Shown: positions 1 to 12,808 of the stretch, one piece after another
Layout of the letters: each line of letters starts with the position of its first letter
How positions within the stretch are numbered: position 1 is the first letter of the stretch
Source: Lama guanicoe
Taxonomy: Eukaryota
NCBI GenBank assembly: GCA_013239625.1
Contig: MU054338.1
Location: forward strand, 5,494,724 to 5,558,723
Direction of reading: 5' to 3'
DNA length: 64,000 nucleotides
The notes under the pieces: generated by a model
Database searches by the model: none
The model's input: only the letters and a program-made list of their open reading frames with translations
What the model was told of the DNA's origin: nothing
Translations under genes and position numbers: made by a program

Positions 1-1179
1 CTGGGACTGGGGTTGCCAGACTGTCACCTCCAACCTGCTGGAGAAGCAGAGGGGCTCCAGGAGCCTCAAGTAAGGCCTAGGCAGGTCAGGCAGCCATTGC
101 TGGGCTGGTGTAGGGGTCACTGGCTTTCCAGTGCCTTCTCTGCCTACTTGGGTTTTGGCCAGGTTCTGTGCTGCTGTGCTGGGCTCCCTGGGCCGACAGT
201 AGCCGCCTTTGAGACCCAACCCCTGTGCCCACACAGCACACCCTTGCCTTGCTGCTTGCTGCATGAGGGTCTGCCTCTCATACCAGCTGTTGGCATCGTT
301 CGCTTGTTGGGGGAACCTGGCCATCCCCAGGAGTGTGGTCTGTGTTCGTCGCTGACTGTGGTATCGCCCAGAAGGTCGAGATCGGGGTTCCGGGAACCTT
401 GGGAATGTGGAGAGTGGGATGGAGCACTCCCTACCTGGGATATCCACGTGGTAAGAGGCTTCTGGGCAGAGGGAGTCCCCACGCAGTGGCCCAGAGTTGT
501 CACACAGCACCGTGGACTTGGGGAACTACATGCAGGTTGATATGTTGTTGGCAGGTGATGCTGCGTGGTCGGCAGACACCAGGCCCCGGGCCTCGAGGTC
601 TCAGAGGAAGCTCTGTCAGATCTTTGGGCACTGGTGACAGTAGACTGTATTCCAGAACTACTAGGGCTAATGCCTGTCTCTACCCAGCCCCAGTCAGAGA
701 CAGCTGCACAGACCTGGATATGTTACGGCTAGGGCAGGGGGCGTTTCTCCCGGCGGCCGCCTCCAGGTTTCTGTGGTCCTTCCCCACTTCTTACTTTCCA
801 CCGTTTGCTGTTATAAATAACCCAGCTCCAAGTGTTCGTACAAGTCATCTTTTCCCCTTTGGGTTATTTCCTTGAAATCTGTTCCCAGTAGTACAGTTAC
901 TGGGTCAGGGGCAACGGAGCCGGCTGTGCACGTCCCAGGAGTTATCTCCAGAGTCCTCTTCCTGGAAACACTTTGTGACACTGGCACACAGGGGCGATGC
1001 CCGCCTGCCCCGCTGCCCTCCCCCACTGGCCTCCTTTTCTGTGTTGAGCAGGTGCTCTGCTGACCTTTCCAAGTTGGGTTGGAAGTGAAAGTCTAACCCA
1101 CAAGGTCAGCATTTCCCAGACGAGTCATCTGAGACCTCATCTTCACACTTTAAACCTTGTCAGAGGATCCCCTGCTACC

Positions 1180-1249
1180 TTTTTATTAAATTGAAGTATA
1201 GTCGATATACAGTGTTTTCTTAGCTTCTGATGTACAGCATAGTGATTCA

Positions 1250-1300
<51 letters not shown>

Positions 1301-1602
1301 TTTTATATTTTTTTTTTTTATAGGGTGTTATCCCTTGCTATACTGTAGGACCTTGTTGTTTACCTCTTTTATATATAGTAGTTAATATCTGCAAATCCCA
1401 AACTCCCAATTTATCCCTCCATCCGCTCTTCTCCCCTGGTAACCTTAAGTTTGTTTTCTGTGTGAGTCTGTTTCTGTTTTGTAACTAAGTTCATTTGTAT
1501 CATTTTTTTAAGATTTCACATATAAGTGATACACAGTATTTTTCTTTCTCTTTCTGACTTTCTTCACTTAGTATGACGATCACCAGGTCCACCCAGTTGC
1601 TG
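1180..1602 (-). mobile_element. LINE-1 3'-end fragment with an internal (TA)n microsatellite
   Basis: Typical antisense L1 3' UTR text (ttgaagtatagt..., gtttgttttctgtg..., gacttt..cacttagtatgac). Confidence 0.75.
1254..1296. repeat. (TA)n microsatellite
   Basis: About 20 uninterrupted TA units. Confidence 0.97.
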
Positions 1603-1603
1603 C

Positions 1604-1698
1604 TTTTTTTTTTTTTTTTCAGTGAAGATACTGGGGATTGAACCCGGGACCTTGTGCATGCTAAAGCATGCGCTCTACCACTGAGCTCTACCGTCCCC
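1604..1698 (-). mobile_element. tRNA-Ala-derived SINE (Vic-1-like)
   Basis: Reverse complement shows A/B-box tRNA head (gtagagctcagtggtagagcgcatgc...gggttcaatccccagta) plus a poly(A) tail. Confidence 0.85.
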
Positions 1699-4268
1699 TC
1701 TATCTTTTAATATTTGTCTTTAAATACACTCAGTTCTTCACTCACTTCAGTAGGAGGAGGAAACTCTGACTCTGGCAAATATGGAAGGAAAGAAGGAAGC
1801 CAGCAGGCAGGCATGCCACTGACCATCAGATCACTGACCATAAATATGACGACAAGACAGAAACATGAAATACTGCACCCCGCAGACCCTCCTGAGACCC
1901 CCCCCCCCCGTGGCCTGCAGAGGGTTGGGCCTAGGTGTTAGAGACGTATCCGGGACGTAGGTGTACCAGAGGGTTGACAAGGACCAACTTTCTCACCTCA
2001 CAGCTCCCCAGCCTTGCCTCCTGGTTGGGGGTGCCCTTCAGGAACGGAGCGGGCAGCCATCCTCCCACACCCCACTCTGTCCCCAGTCTGCCCCAGGCTT
2101 CAATCCTCTTCCCCTGGCCCTGCCCTGGGCACGGGGAAGTGGGGGTAACATCTCTCACTTGAGACACTGGCTGCCGTCTGTCCAGGGCCCCCCCCGCAAC
2201 TGACTTGCTTTTCTTGGCAGCCACATCACATGCTGGCTCCCCTGGCCTCCCCACCAAGGCCACCAGACCCCCCGAGGTGTTTCCCCCACTGCTGTTCTGT
2301 TTGTTTTTCTTCCTGCTCATCCCCTCCCCCAGGAGCAAGGTTGTTTATTTGTACCTAATTATAGATTTTCACATTTATCCTGCTAACATCTTATCCTCTC
2401 AGCTGAGGGCCGTTTTCCCAGCCTGCCCATCAGTCCCTGGAGGTGCCCTTGACCTCTCTTCTGGTGGACCTGACCATGGGGTCCTCAGTGGGAGCGGCTA
2501 TGTCCCCAAGGGCCACTGAGGCCTTCCCAGAGCTCCTGCCACTCACCTGCCCTGGGAGGACATGGTTTGTGGGAAGCAGCCGCAGTGGCCCAGGGCCCTG
2601 ACCTCTGGGTCGTGTCCACCCTGCCCCATCTAGGAGCCCTTCCAGGGAGGGGGCAAGGACAGCAGGGCAGCTGGCTCCCAGGGACAGGCCCACGCAGGGC
2701 TCATCCCTCTCCACCTGGGTGGGACCCCCCACCAGGCCTGCTAGTCTGGAACCCAAGCACACCGGCTTCCCCCATGGTGAATGATGGTCCTGCCTATACC
2801 CAACTTTGGGGCACCTGTCCCCTGCTCTCTGATTCCCCTCAGGGAATAGCTGTGGCCTGGTTGCCTCTCCCTGCCAGTCCCGGGGCCTGGGCTCTGCGGG
2901 GCCTGCTTCCTGGAGGAGGGGCAGGGCCCTGATTTGCCTGGAGCAGGAGAACCAGCGCCCCCCAAGGGCCACTCAGTCACTGAGTGTCAAGTGTGGGCCC
3001 CACGGGAGCCATGCTGTCATGGGGCAGGCAGGGGGACTGAGGGCTTCCAAGAGGTGCCAGCTCTTTGTTTTTACCAACCGGGCTAGCCTGTACTGCCAGC
3101 CAAGTGGTGTGCCCAGGGGGACTGTTTCCCGGCCAGTGATGCCACCAACTTCTGTGGAAATGCTGGGGGCTATGTCCTCAAGGGCCCTTTCTTTCCCGGA
3201 GACAACAGATGACTTGTGCCTGGGACAATGCCATTCTCATTCCCAGCCTGCACATGGAGCCGGCCACCTCTGCAGTGGGCACCAAGTGCCAGGGACTGCC
3301 AGGGTGGCCCCGCCTTCCCGCCGCCGTCTGTCTGGGCTGTGGTGGTGGCCCCTGTTCTACTCTGGCCTGCACTGTTCTCACCGGGTGACCTTGGGCCAGG
3401 GGATGTGGTCACTCTGGGTTGGGTATCCCCAGCTGTATAAAGGGAATGATTACGTAAACACCTGTCCCTAGGGTGGTCCTGGGAACTCAATAACAAAGCC
3501 TTTGGGGTCAAGCCAGGCCTGAAGGGCTGAAGACATGGTTGGCTGGGCCTGGGAAGAACCGATGGCGCTAACGGGGCCCTGAGGCTGGACAGCTAGATAA
3601 GGCTGGGAAGGGAGTGAGAGGGTGAGGGGATACCAGGCAGGGCCAAAGGGACTCTCCACGTTTCCTGTTCTGTTCCTGAGAACATGAGAGCAGTGCATAT
3701 ACCTCCCTGGCTTTGTCTAGGTTCCCGTAGCTGCCGAGGGAAGGAGGTGAGGGGTTGGGGGTGTGGGTGGCGGGCCCCACAGTCAGTCCAGCCTGCTCCA
3801 GGAGCTGATGCATGGCCCCACCAGCCCATGTCCATCCACCTCTTTCCACCTTCCTCTAAAGTCAACGTGACATTCTTCTGTTGGGTGCCCACGGTGTCAG
3901 GACCGGACACTGGCATGGTCGTTACAGGTCTTGTGAGCTAGGCCATATGGTGGTTTGAGGCCTGAACCCAGGGGTTTTGAAGGATGAACAGGAATTTGCC
4001 AGCTACTCTAGGAGGTCAGGATGCCTTGAGAGGAGGAAGCTGAACCAAGACCCCTAGCTCAGTCCTGGACCCAGAAAACTTGGATTGAAATCCTGCCAGG
4101 CCACCTTCCAGCCAGGTGGCCTGGACTTCACTGCTTGGTGAGCTTGGTTGGGAGGTGGGAGTGAGCTTGCAGATACTTATGGGCCCAGATCCCTGTTCAC
4201 CACATGCCTTTGGCTGGTCATTCTGCTGTCTGTACCTCAGTTTGTCATCTATAAAATGGGTCATGTGA

Positions 4269-4365
4269 GGGGATAGAGTATAGCTCAGTGGTAGAGCGTG
4301 TGCTTAGCATACATGAGGTCCTGGGTTTGATCCCTAGTACCTTCTTTAAAAAAACTAATAGTGAA
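4269..4365 (+). mobile_element. tRNA-Ala-derived SINE (Vic-1-like) with 18-bp TSD, inserted in a MIR-like remnant
   Basis: TSD ataaaatgggtca(t/c)gtga at 4251-4268 and 4366-4383. Confidence 0.88.
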
Positions 4366-5132
4366 ATAAAATGGGTCACGTGAGACGTATGGAACATCGA
4401 GGGCTTTCTGTGCATGGACTTACTGAACACCCTTCTTGCTCTCCTTATTCTTGGCTCTAAATCAGCCAGTTCGGAGAGGATGCTGGGTCATAGGGGCTGC
4501 CTGGCCTGCCCACTCCTTACCTGTGGCCTGAGAATGGTGACCTGGGCATCTTCCAGTTGTGAGGGGAGACGGGTCAGGGAAGCCCTGCCAGCCACTTTGG
4601 CATTTGTTCGTTCATCCGACAGGCATCGATCTGGTGCATTCCACGTGCTGGGCCCTGGGCCAGGTCCTGGGGAGACAGCAGGGAACCAGACTGTCCGAGA
4701 TGCCCACCCTCCAGGCAGGATGCCAAGAAATAAGTAAAACCTGGCAAGTGTGAGATGGCTGGGGAAGTGCTGGAGGAAAGGCAGGGGAGGAGGGTGAGGA
4801 GTGTCAGGGTAGTGGGGATTTGAGGTGGCAGGGAGGGCCTTCTTGGTCACGCGCCATCTGAGGGGCCACACAGAGGAGATGAGGACAGGAACCCTGTAGG
4901 TACCTGGGGAAGAACATTCCAGGAGAATGGTAGCAGGTACCTGCGTATCTCTGAGTCTCAGTGAAGGGGCCCATGTGGCTGGAGCAGAGCGAGGAGGAGA
5001 GGGAGGAGTTGAGGGCAGGAAGGTGACAAGGGCAGGTGAGGTAGGCCTTGTGGGCCCCAGGGAGGACTTGGAGGTGGGAGTCCCGCAGGGCTGTGGGTAG
5101 AGGAGAGGTGGGACCCACTCGGGTGTTCACAG

Positions 5133-5146
5133 GCGCCCTCTGGCGG
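5133..5146 (-). promoter_or_regulatory. Candidate CTCF site in RAB11B intron 1
   Basis: Minus strand reads CCGCCAGAGGGCGC, matching the CTCF core consensus. Confidence 0.6.
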
Positions 5147-6426
5147 CTGAGAGAACAGCCTGTTGATCGAGGCTGAGGAAATGTAGGGGCACCAGGGAGA
5201 AGGCTGTCACAGCGACTTGGAATGAGACTGGTCTACAGTGGGGGAAGTGAAGGTGGTAAGAAGTGGTGGCAATCTGGACACACACATGTAAAATTTTTCA
5301 TCAAGGAAAAACTTCTCATTGGGGCCTTGGGTGACCAAGCCTGCAGCCCCCATGGTTCCCCACTAGGCAGACCCACCCTGGCATGCCAGAGCCTTGGCAC
5401 CCACACGTGGGGATCTGTGTGGTTTCCAGCTGGGGTGTCTGGAAACAAAAAGGCTGTTTCTTCTGCGCCGCATATATACCTGTGCACACACTAACACAAG
5501 TCACCAGTACATCCTGGATCTGAGCGCAGCCCTCCTGGACCAAGGCCCCTCCTGGACCCTCTCACACAATCCCACCCCAGTGCCTGGGGCAGCTGGGCCC
5601 CTAGAAGCAGGGCTTCGACAGCTGGGACAGGAAGGACGACAAAGCAGGGAACAGAGGGAGAGACCGCCCATGCCCGCCCTGCTCTGCCTGGGGAGGGCTC
5701 TTGTTCTCACGTCCCTGCAGGATGGCCCGACCCTGGGAGAGGGGGTGGCCGCCTCTGTCACTTCCTGGCTTCGTCCAAAGGGCACATTCCTCTTCCTCCT
5801 GAGCAAGTTGCCTGGGCTGGGGCCTAATGTGCATTTGCTTGCAGCGTCTGTCGTCAGGGAAGCAGCAGGGTGGGCGTGGGACTTGAGGTTCCTTACTTCC
5901 TGTCACTTAAAGCTCCAGAGACAGAGCCTCAGGAAGAATCTGGCAGAACGGTAGTAATAACCGCTCCCCGCCTGTCTGTGTGAGAGATGCTGACTGAGCT
6001 CTGATCCCACACGTTCTCATGTCCCGCTCCCCGCAGCAGCTCCAGTTACCGTCTTCCTTTTCACGCATGTGGAAAAGGCAGCCCAGAGAGGTTAAGCGAC
6101 TTACCGAAGGTCTCCCAGCCCTGGAGATGTCTCAGGTGTGCCTGGCTGCCTGGTGCCACCAGGCTGCCGTAGAGGTTTGGGGTTTGATGGATCCCCAAGC
6201 TGCCTGCCTGCCAGGATGCCTGGGTCCCTATGTCCCAATGAGGGCAGCTGTGCCCTGAAGGGCCCTATTCGCTTGCACACCAGGAAAGGTGATGCCTGGG
6301 GCGAGGGACTCCGCGACAGCTCCAACTTTGCCCTGTTTCTGCTGGCTGTCCTGTTTCTGCAGCACCCAGGGCCCTGCTGTGAAGGTTCTGCAGGTGGATG
6401 TGGGTGGCATGTGGGATCGTACTTAG

Positions 6427-6687
<261 letters not shown>

Positions 6688-7414
6688 TGAGTGGCAGGGC
6701 TTGGGAGGCCAGAACTGTGGGGCCACTGGGCCCCCAAAGATGGGAGGAGTTGGGTAGGGGGCCCAGGGTGGAGGGACAATTGTCCCAGAAGCTGTAGGAC
6801 CCTCAGGGAGGCCAACGCCCAGTCCTGCCCACACTGTGACCCTGAAGTAGGCATGTCCCTGGAGTTCCATTGAGGCACTGCAGTGTTGCTGGGTCCTGGC
6901 TGCACAGTCAGGGCTGTTATCCAGGTTGGCCTGGGCCACTCCACTCTGCTCCCAAGCCTGCCTGCCCAGCCTGCCCTGCCCAGCCAAGTTCCCAGCCTTT
7001 CTCTTCCATCAGCTCCCCTGGGTGCCCGCACCTTGTCTCGCACACTTCCTGGCCTCCCCCATATCCCTGGCCTCCTCTTTACCCGTACCCAGCCATCAGA
7101 ACCCCCACTGGGCCACCTCTTTCCAGATCCTCCCAACCCCAGGCGACTCCCCATCAGTCACTTGCTGTCGTCTGGACTCAGTCCACCGACCTCAGGTCAC
7201 CTCCCCAGATCCTTAATCCTTCAGGGTGGATGTGTGTCCACCTGTCTCCTTGGTGGTCTGGAGGGGCAGGGCCCAGGTGAGCACTGGACATTCTGCCCAG
7301 CAGTGGCCCTTTCCCAGCCCAGTCACCATTTCCTTTCCCTCTTTGGTGGCTGACCCCCTGGGTGTCTTTGGACCCCAGACCCCAAACTCCCTCCTCAGGC
7401 CCCCACATTCCTGA

Positions 7415-7852
<438 letters not shown>

Positions 7853-8108
7853 TGAGAGCTGGGCGGTGACTGAGGCATCGGAGAAGCATCTGGAAAGCAG
7901 GCAGCTCTCCCCACCCCATCCCAACCAGGTCCTTCCAATCTTCCCTGGCTATGCCGGTGGCCGCAGAGCCGTCCTCCTCTGCCCGAGGAGTGGCACCTCA
8001 GTCCTACCCTTTGGCCTCGGCCCTTCATTTTCAGGGCCAGGTGAAGGGGCAAGCAGGCAGGGTCCCCGAGAGGGTGTAGAGGAGGAGCCCCCCCCCAGCT
8101 CACCCTGA

Positions 8109-8294
<186 letters not shown>

Positions 8295-8813
8295 TGAACC
8301 TTCCTTCATTAAACTTGCTGTTCAGTCTGGACACGAGAACAGACGTGGCAGACCCACAGTGTCAGGCCAGATCCCAGCTTTGCTGACACTTGGGGCACAG
8401 AGACCCCCTCAGCCCAGCTCCTGGAAGTGGGCTGTTAATGGCTCCACCAGAGAACAGCCAGCAGGGTCAGCTGGGGAGGCAGGTGGTCTCGGGGGCCCAG
8501 AGCCTTCTGGGAGTTTCTTCTGAGGCAGGAGGGGCCTCTGATCTTAGAGAACAAGAGGCCTTGGCAGGGAGGTACATCTGCAAACAGGTATGGGTCTCTC
8601 CCTTGCTGAGCACACAGCCAGCACTGGGGGTGATAGGGGGAGCCTCCAGGAGTCCAGCCCCTGGCGTGTCCCCCTAAATGCGATGAGGATGCACAGGGCA
8701 CAGTGGCAGCCTTGGGAGGGGCTTCAACTCAGCGTCCAGGGCGCTCCTCTGAGGAGGTGACGTCAAGATGAGGCTTGCAGTTCCGGGAGGTAACCTTGGG
8801 CTGGGGCACATAG

Positions 8814-8993
<180 letters not shown>

Positions 8994-9830
8994 CCGCCTG
9001 GCGCCTCGTTGGAGCGTGCGTGCACGTCCTCGTCCTCCTCCCTGCCCCCATCCTCTCCGTCCCTCTGTGACTGGCTCCCGCCCTCCCATCATGCTCCGCG
9101 CCAAGAACCGGAGTCGAGAGTCATCTCCTGTACCGCCCAAGGAAAGCTAGAAGCCCCGGCTGCTGCACCTGCTCTCCTTGGGTCCCAGTGGGCATCTCGG
9201 CGGGGCGGGGAGACGGGGGAGAGGGGACAGGGCCAGTCAGAGGCGAGAAGGATGGGCACAACGAGCAGCCTTCTCCAGTTTTCCACAGCGGACTCCAGGG
9301 AGCGGTTGCCGCCCCCAGTCCCCACCCAGAACCCCACTCCAGGCTGAAGCCCGAAGAGCAAGGCGCCAGGGGCCCGGGCAGGCGGACACTCCTGGCTCTC
9401 AGCATCCCGCCCCCTCCACGCACAGCCAGCACCGCACACGCCTTCGACCTCTCCTGTGTGTGCGCGACTTCAGCTCCTGCCTGTAGATTTATGCTGGGAA
9501 GAAGACCCTCTCCCCCCCTCACCCTCCTCTTTGCACGCAGCGCGCTCCCCAGCCTGCCCCCACCCATGCCCCTCTCTGTCTTGTCTCCCCATCTGGTCAG
9601 GAACCTGTTTGCAAGTGAAGCAATATCTCCGTGTTTTGTATATACAACCGCTCTTGTAGCCTTTGGTTTTTTTGTTATTGTAGAGAAACACAGATTCTTT
9701 ATACACTTTGTAAGATTTACGCCAAACCCTAGCTCTCGATCTCTTATTCTTCTTTTGCCCCTGCGCTGTTGCCCCGATGCCTCCTTTCTCGCCCGTTACT
9801 AAAATGTATAATCCGACTTCCTGTACAGAA
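8994..9830 (+). other. RAB11B: RAB11B 3' UTR (end approximate)
   Basis: Follows the stop codon. GC-rich at first, then a U-rich block at about 9600-9760. I saw no AATAAA; candidate variant signal ACTAAA at 9798-9803. Confidence 0.65.
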
Positions 9831-11089
9831 ACCTGCCGCTGAGCCTTTGTCTTCTTTCTCTCCGCCAGGCGGCGCTCCTGAGCCAAAGTCCCTCACTGCA
9901 CACGCCCACTGCCCCGGCTTAGCCCCACTGGGAGCTGGGAGGCTCTCGGCCCACTGCTCCCTACCCTCCTAAGCCCAGGGCAACACGGAGGCCCCCTGAA
10001 CTGACTACGGGGGTCCTAGGTGGGTGAGGGTAGGGTTGAGTGGACCCTCTCCCTGCTGCCCTGTTGGGCATGGGCAGTTACACTCGCTGCGGGGACACCC
10101 AGCCCTAGGTCCTGAGGAAGGGGTGGGCTGGGCCCACTGCAGGAGCAGTTCTTAGCCCCGGGGTTGAAGCTCATCTACTGCCCACCTGGCCTCCTCCTCA
10201 CCTGGGTCCCTGGCAAGGAATGCAAGAGGGGCTTGCCAAGGGTGGTGGACGATGCCAGCCCCACCCCAGCTCTCTCTGACCTTTGAGGAGGACCCAGTGG
10301 GGAAGACACTGGTGACACAGGAGAGGCTAGGGTCCTAGCATTCATCTGTGTCTTCTCAGGATCCAGCTCTTCCCCTGGTCCATGTGGGCAGGGCTGGCCT
10401 GAGGGCCAGACCCCACTGTGGAGGAGGTGTGGCCATACCCCCCAACCCACCCTGCGCTGACCACACGACCCAGTGTGTGTCCCCACGTGAGTGCCAGCAG
10501 CTGTTGGAGAAGCTCCAGCCTCTGGCTGAAGCCACTTGTGCCCTTGACCCCAGGAGAGCCACCTGAGAGGGAGATCTACTCCCTCCAGACTCTGGTCACC
10601 TCGCCAGATGTGAATGATGGGCAACCCCAGAGACACCCTTCAGGAAGATCTGTGAGCCACAGGGGGCTGGACTGTCGGGGGAGTTGGAGTGAGTCAGAGT
10701 GTTTGCTCCCAACCGAGAGAGCATCCTGGGCCAAGGCCAGCGGCGGGAGAGCTGGGGGTCGGGTGGGACTGCATACTCCAGCGCTATTCACACAGCCCCT
10801 GGGGCTGCTGATTCCCCTGCGTTTGGACAGAGCAGGGCATGGAGAGCGTGGAGGGGGAAAGGAGGCCTCCGGAGGGCCAAGGAAAGCAGTGAGGCAGCCT
10901 GCAGGGTTTCAAGCAGTCAGAGATCAAATCCTTCTGGAGCTGCTGATTGGCCAGGCCTGGGGCACACACCTGAGTACAAGAATGTGACCCTGTCCCCCTG
11001 GGGGGATCACAGTCCAGTGATGGTACTTCAGTGACTAATTTCAGTGGTTTAATAAGCATAGCATGCTCTGTGTCAGGCACTGTTTGTTT

Positions 11090-11795
11090 TTTTTTCCATG
11101 ATAGAATAGACCTACACATAATGTAAAATTTACCATCTTAACCATTTAAACGTACAGTTCAGTGGCATTACATACACATATATTTTGCAACCATCACCAG
11201 CATCCATCTCCAGAAGTCTTCATCTTGCAAAACAGAAACTGTCCCTATTAAACACTAACTCCCCATTCTCCCTCTTCCAGCCCCTGTTGGAAATCATTCT
11301 ACTTTCTGTCTCTATGAAATTGACTCCTCAAGGAACCTCCTCTAAGTGGAATCAGTCAGACAGTCATTGTCATTGTCCTTTTATGACTGGCTTCTTTCAC
11401 TGAGCATCATGTCCTCATTCATGTTGTAGCAGGTGTCAGAAATGCCTTTCTTTTTTAAGGCTGAATAATATTCAGTTGTATGGATATTTCATTTCTTGTT
11501 TACCTACTCATCCATTTTCCTTTTTATTTAATGGAGGTACTGGGGATGGAACCCAGAACCTTGTGCATGCTAGGCATGTGCTCTACCACTGAGCTATACA
11601 CTCCCCCTGCATTCATCTGTTGATGGGCACTTGAGTTGCTTCCACCTTTTGGCTACTGTGAATCGTGCTACTGTGAACATGAGTGTACAAATATCTATTC
11701 AAGTCCTTGCTTTCTATTCTTTCAGGGTATATTGCCAGAAGTGGAATTGCTGAATCACATGGTAATTCTATGTTTAATTTTTTTGAGGAACCATG
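11090..11795 (-). mobile_element. Old LINE-1 (L1M-type) 3' fragment with a nested SINE
   Basis: aaaatttaccatcttaaccattt...gtacagttcagtggcatta...gtggaattgctgaatcacatggtaattctatgttt. Confidence 0.75.
11515..11607 (-). mobile_element. tRNA-Ala-derived SINE (Vic-1-like)
   Basis: ggaggtactgggga..gaacccagaaccttgtgcatgctag...ccactgagctatac. Confidence 0.85.
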
Positions 11796-12380
11796 TTAAC
11801 CTAAATAAATTATGACATGTTAAAGATGAGAACTTGGTTCCACCAAAAAAAAAAGTCTTTAATGTGTCATAATTTATTTAGTTTATACAACAACCTTAGG
11901 AGGTGAGCATAATTTACTAGACCTGATTTATAGATGGGGAATAGAAGTAAGTGACTTGCCCTGGGGGTCCCACGATTAGTAAGAAGCAGGCAGGTTTCAA
12001 CCCCAGAGCTGTGTTTGTAGCCACTAGGCTATGAGGTCTCACCCAATGTTTACTGAGTGTCTAATACAAGCCAGAAAGTCCTCACAAATGGAGAAGATGC
12101 CCAGAGAGAACAGTGGGAAGCAGACCAAAATTCCCAAAACATTTTTTTAATTAGAAAATTTTTAGGGAAAAATGTAGACACACAAAAGTGGACAGAGCAG
12201 TCTAAAGAAGCCCTGTATGCCCATTACCCAATTTCAACCAATCTGATTTCACCCTATTTCCCTCTTGTTCACAAATCCCAGACATAACTCCAGCTATAAA
12301 CATTTCAGTAGGCATCTCTAAGATACAGAATGTTTTTTAGCATAATCTCAATACTATCATCACGTCTAAAGAAATGAGCT

Positions 12381-12483
12381 GGGGGGAGGGTAGAACTCAG
12401 TAGCAGAGCACATGCTTAGCATGCACTAAGTTCTGGGTTCAATCCCCAGTACCTCCACTACAAAACTAAAAGGAACAAAAAAA
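12381..12483 (+). mobile_element. tRNA-Ala-derived SINE (Vic-1-like)
   Basis: ggggggagggtagaactcagtagcagagcacatgcttagcatgcac...gggttcaatccccagtacctcc plus an A-rich tail. Confidence 0.85.
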
Positions 12484-12569
12484 ATTACTCCCTCTTCTCC
12501 CCTCCCCGAGCCCCTGGCAACCATTAATCTGCTTTCTGTCTCTTTGGTGGCATTTAATATGTCTTTTTG

Positions 12570-12808
12570 TGGGGAAAAGGAGTGGTAAGGGATCAATTTG
12601 AGAGTTTGAGATTTACAAATGTTAGCCACTGTATATAAAAATAGATTTTTTAAAAATTTCTTCTGTATAGCACAGGGAACTATATCTTGTAATCAATTTA
12701 ATGAAAAAATATGAAAACAAATATATGTATGTATATGCATGGCTGAGACATTGTGCTGTGCACCAGAAATGGACACATTGTAATTGATGGTACTTCAATT
12801 AAAAAAAA
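12570..12808 (+). mobile_element. Younger LINE-1 3' end (5'-truncated) with poly(A)
   Basis: ctgtatagcacagggaactatat...tgctgtgcaccagaaa...acttcaattaaaaaaaa. Confidence 0.75.

Noticed and set aside
690..850. Possible LTR remnant in RAB11B intron 1
   Set aside because: Only vague resemblance; boundaries and family cannot be supported without a repeat search.
4269..4345. tRNA-Ala genes (this copy and similar ones)
   Set aside because: A-rich tails, TSDs, stem-disrupting changes and high copy number indicate SINEs, not functional tRNAs.
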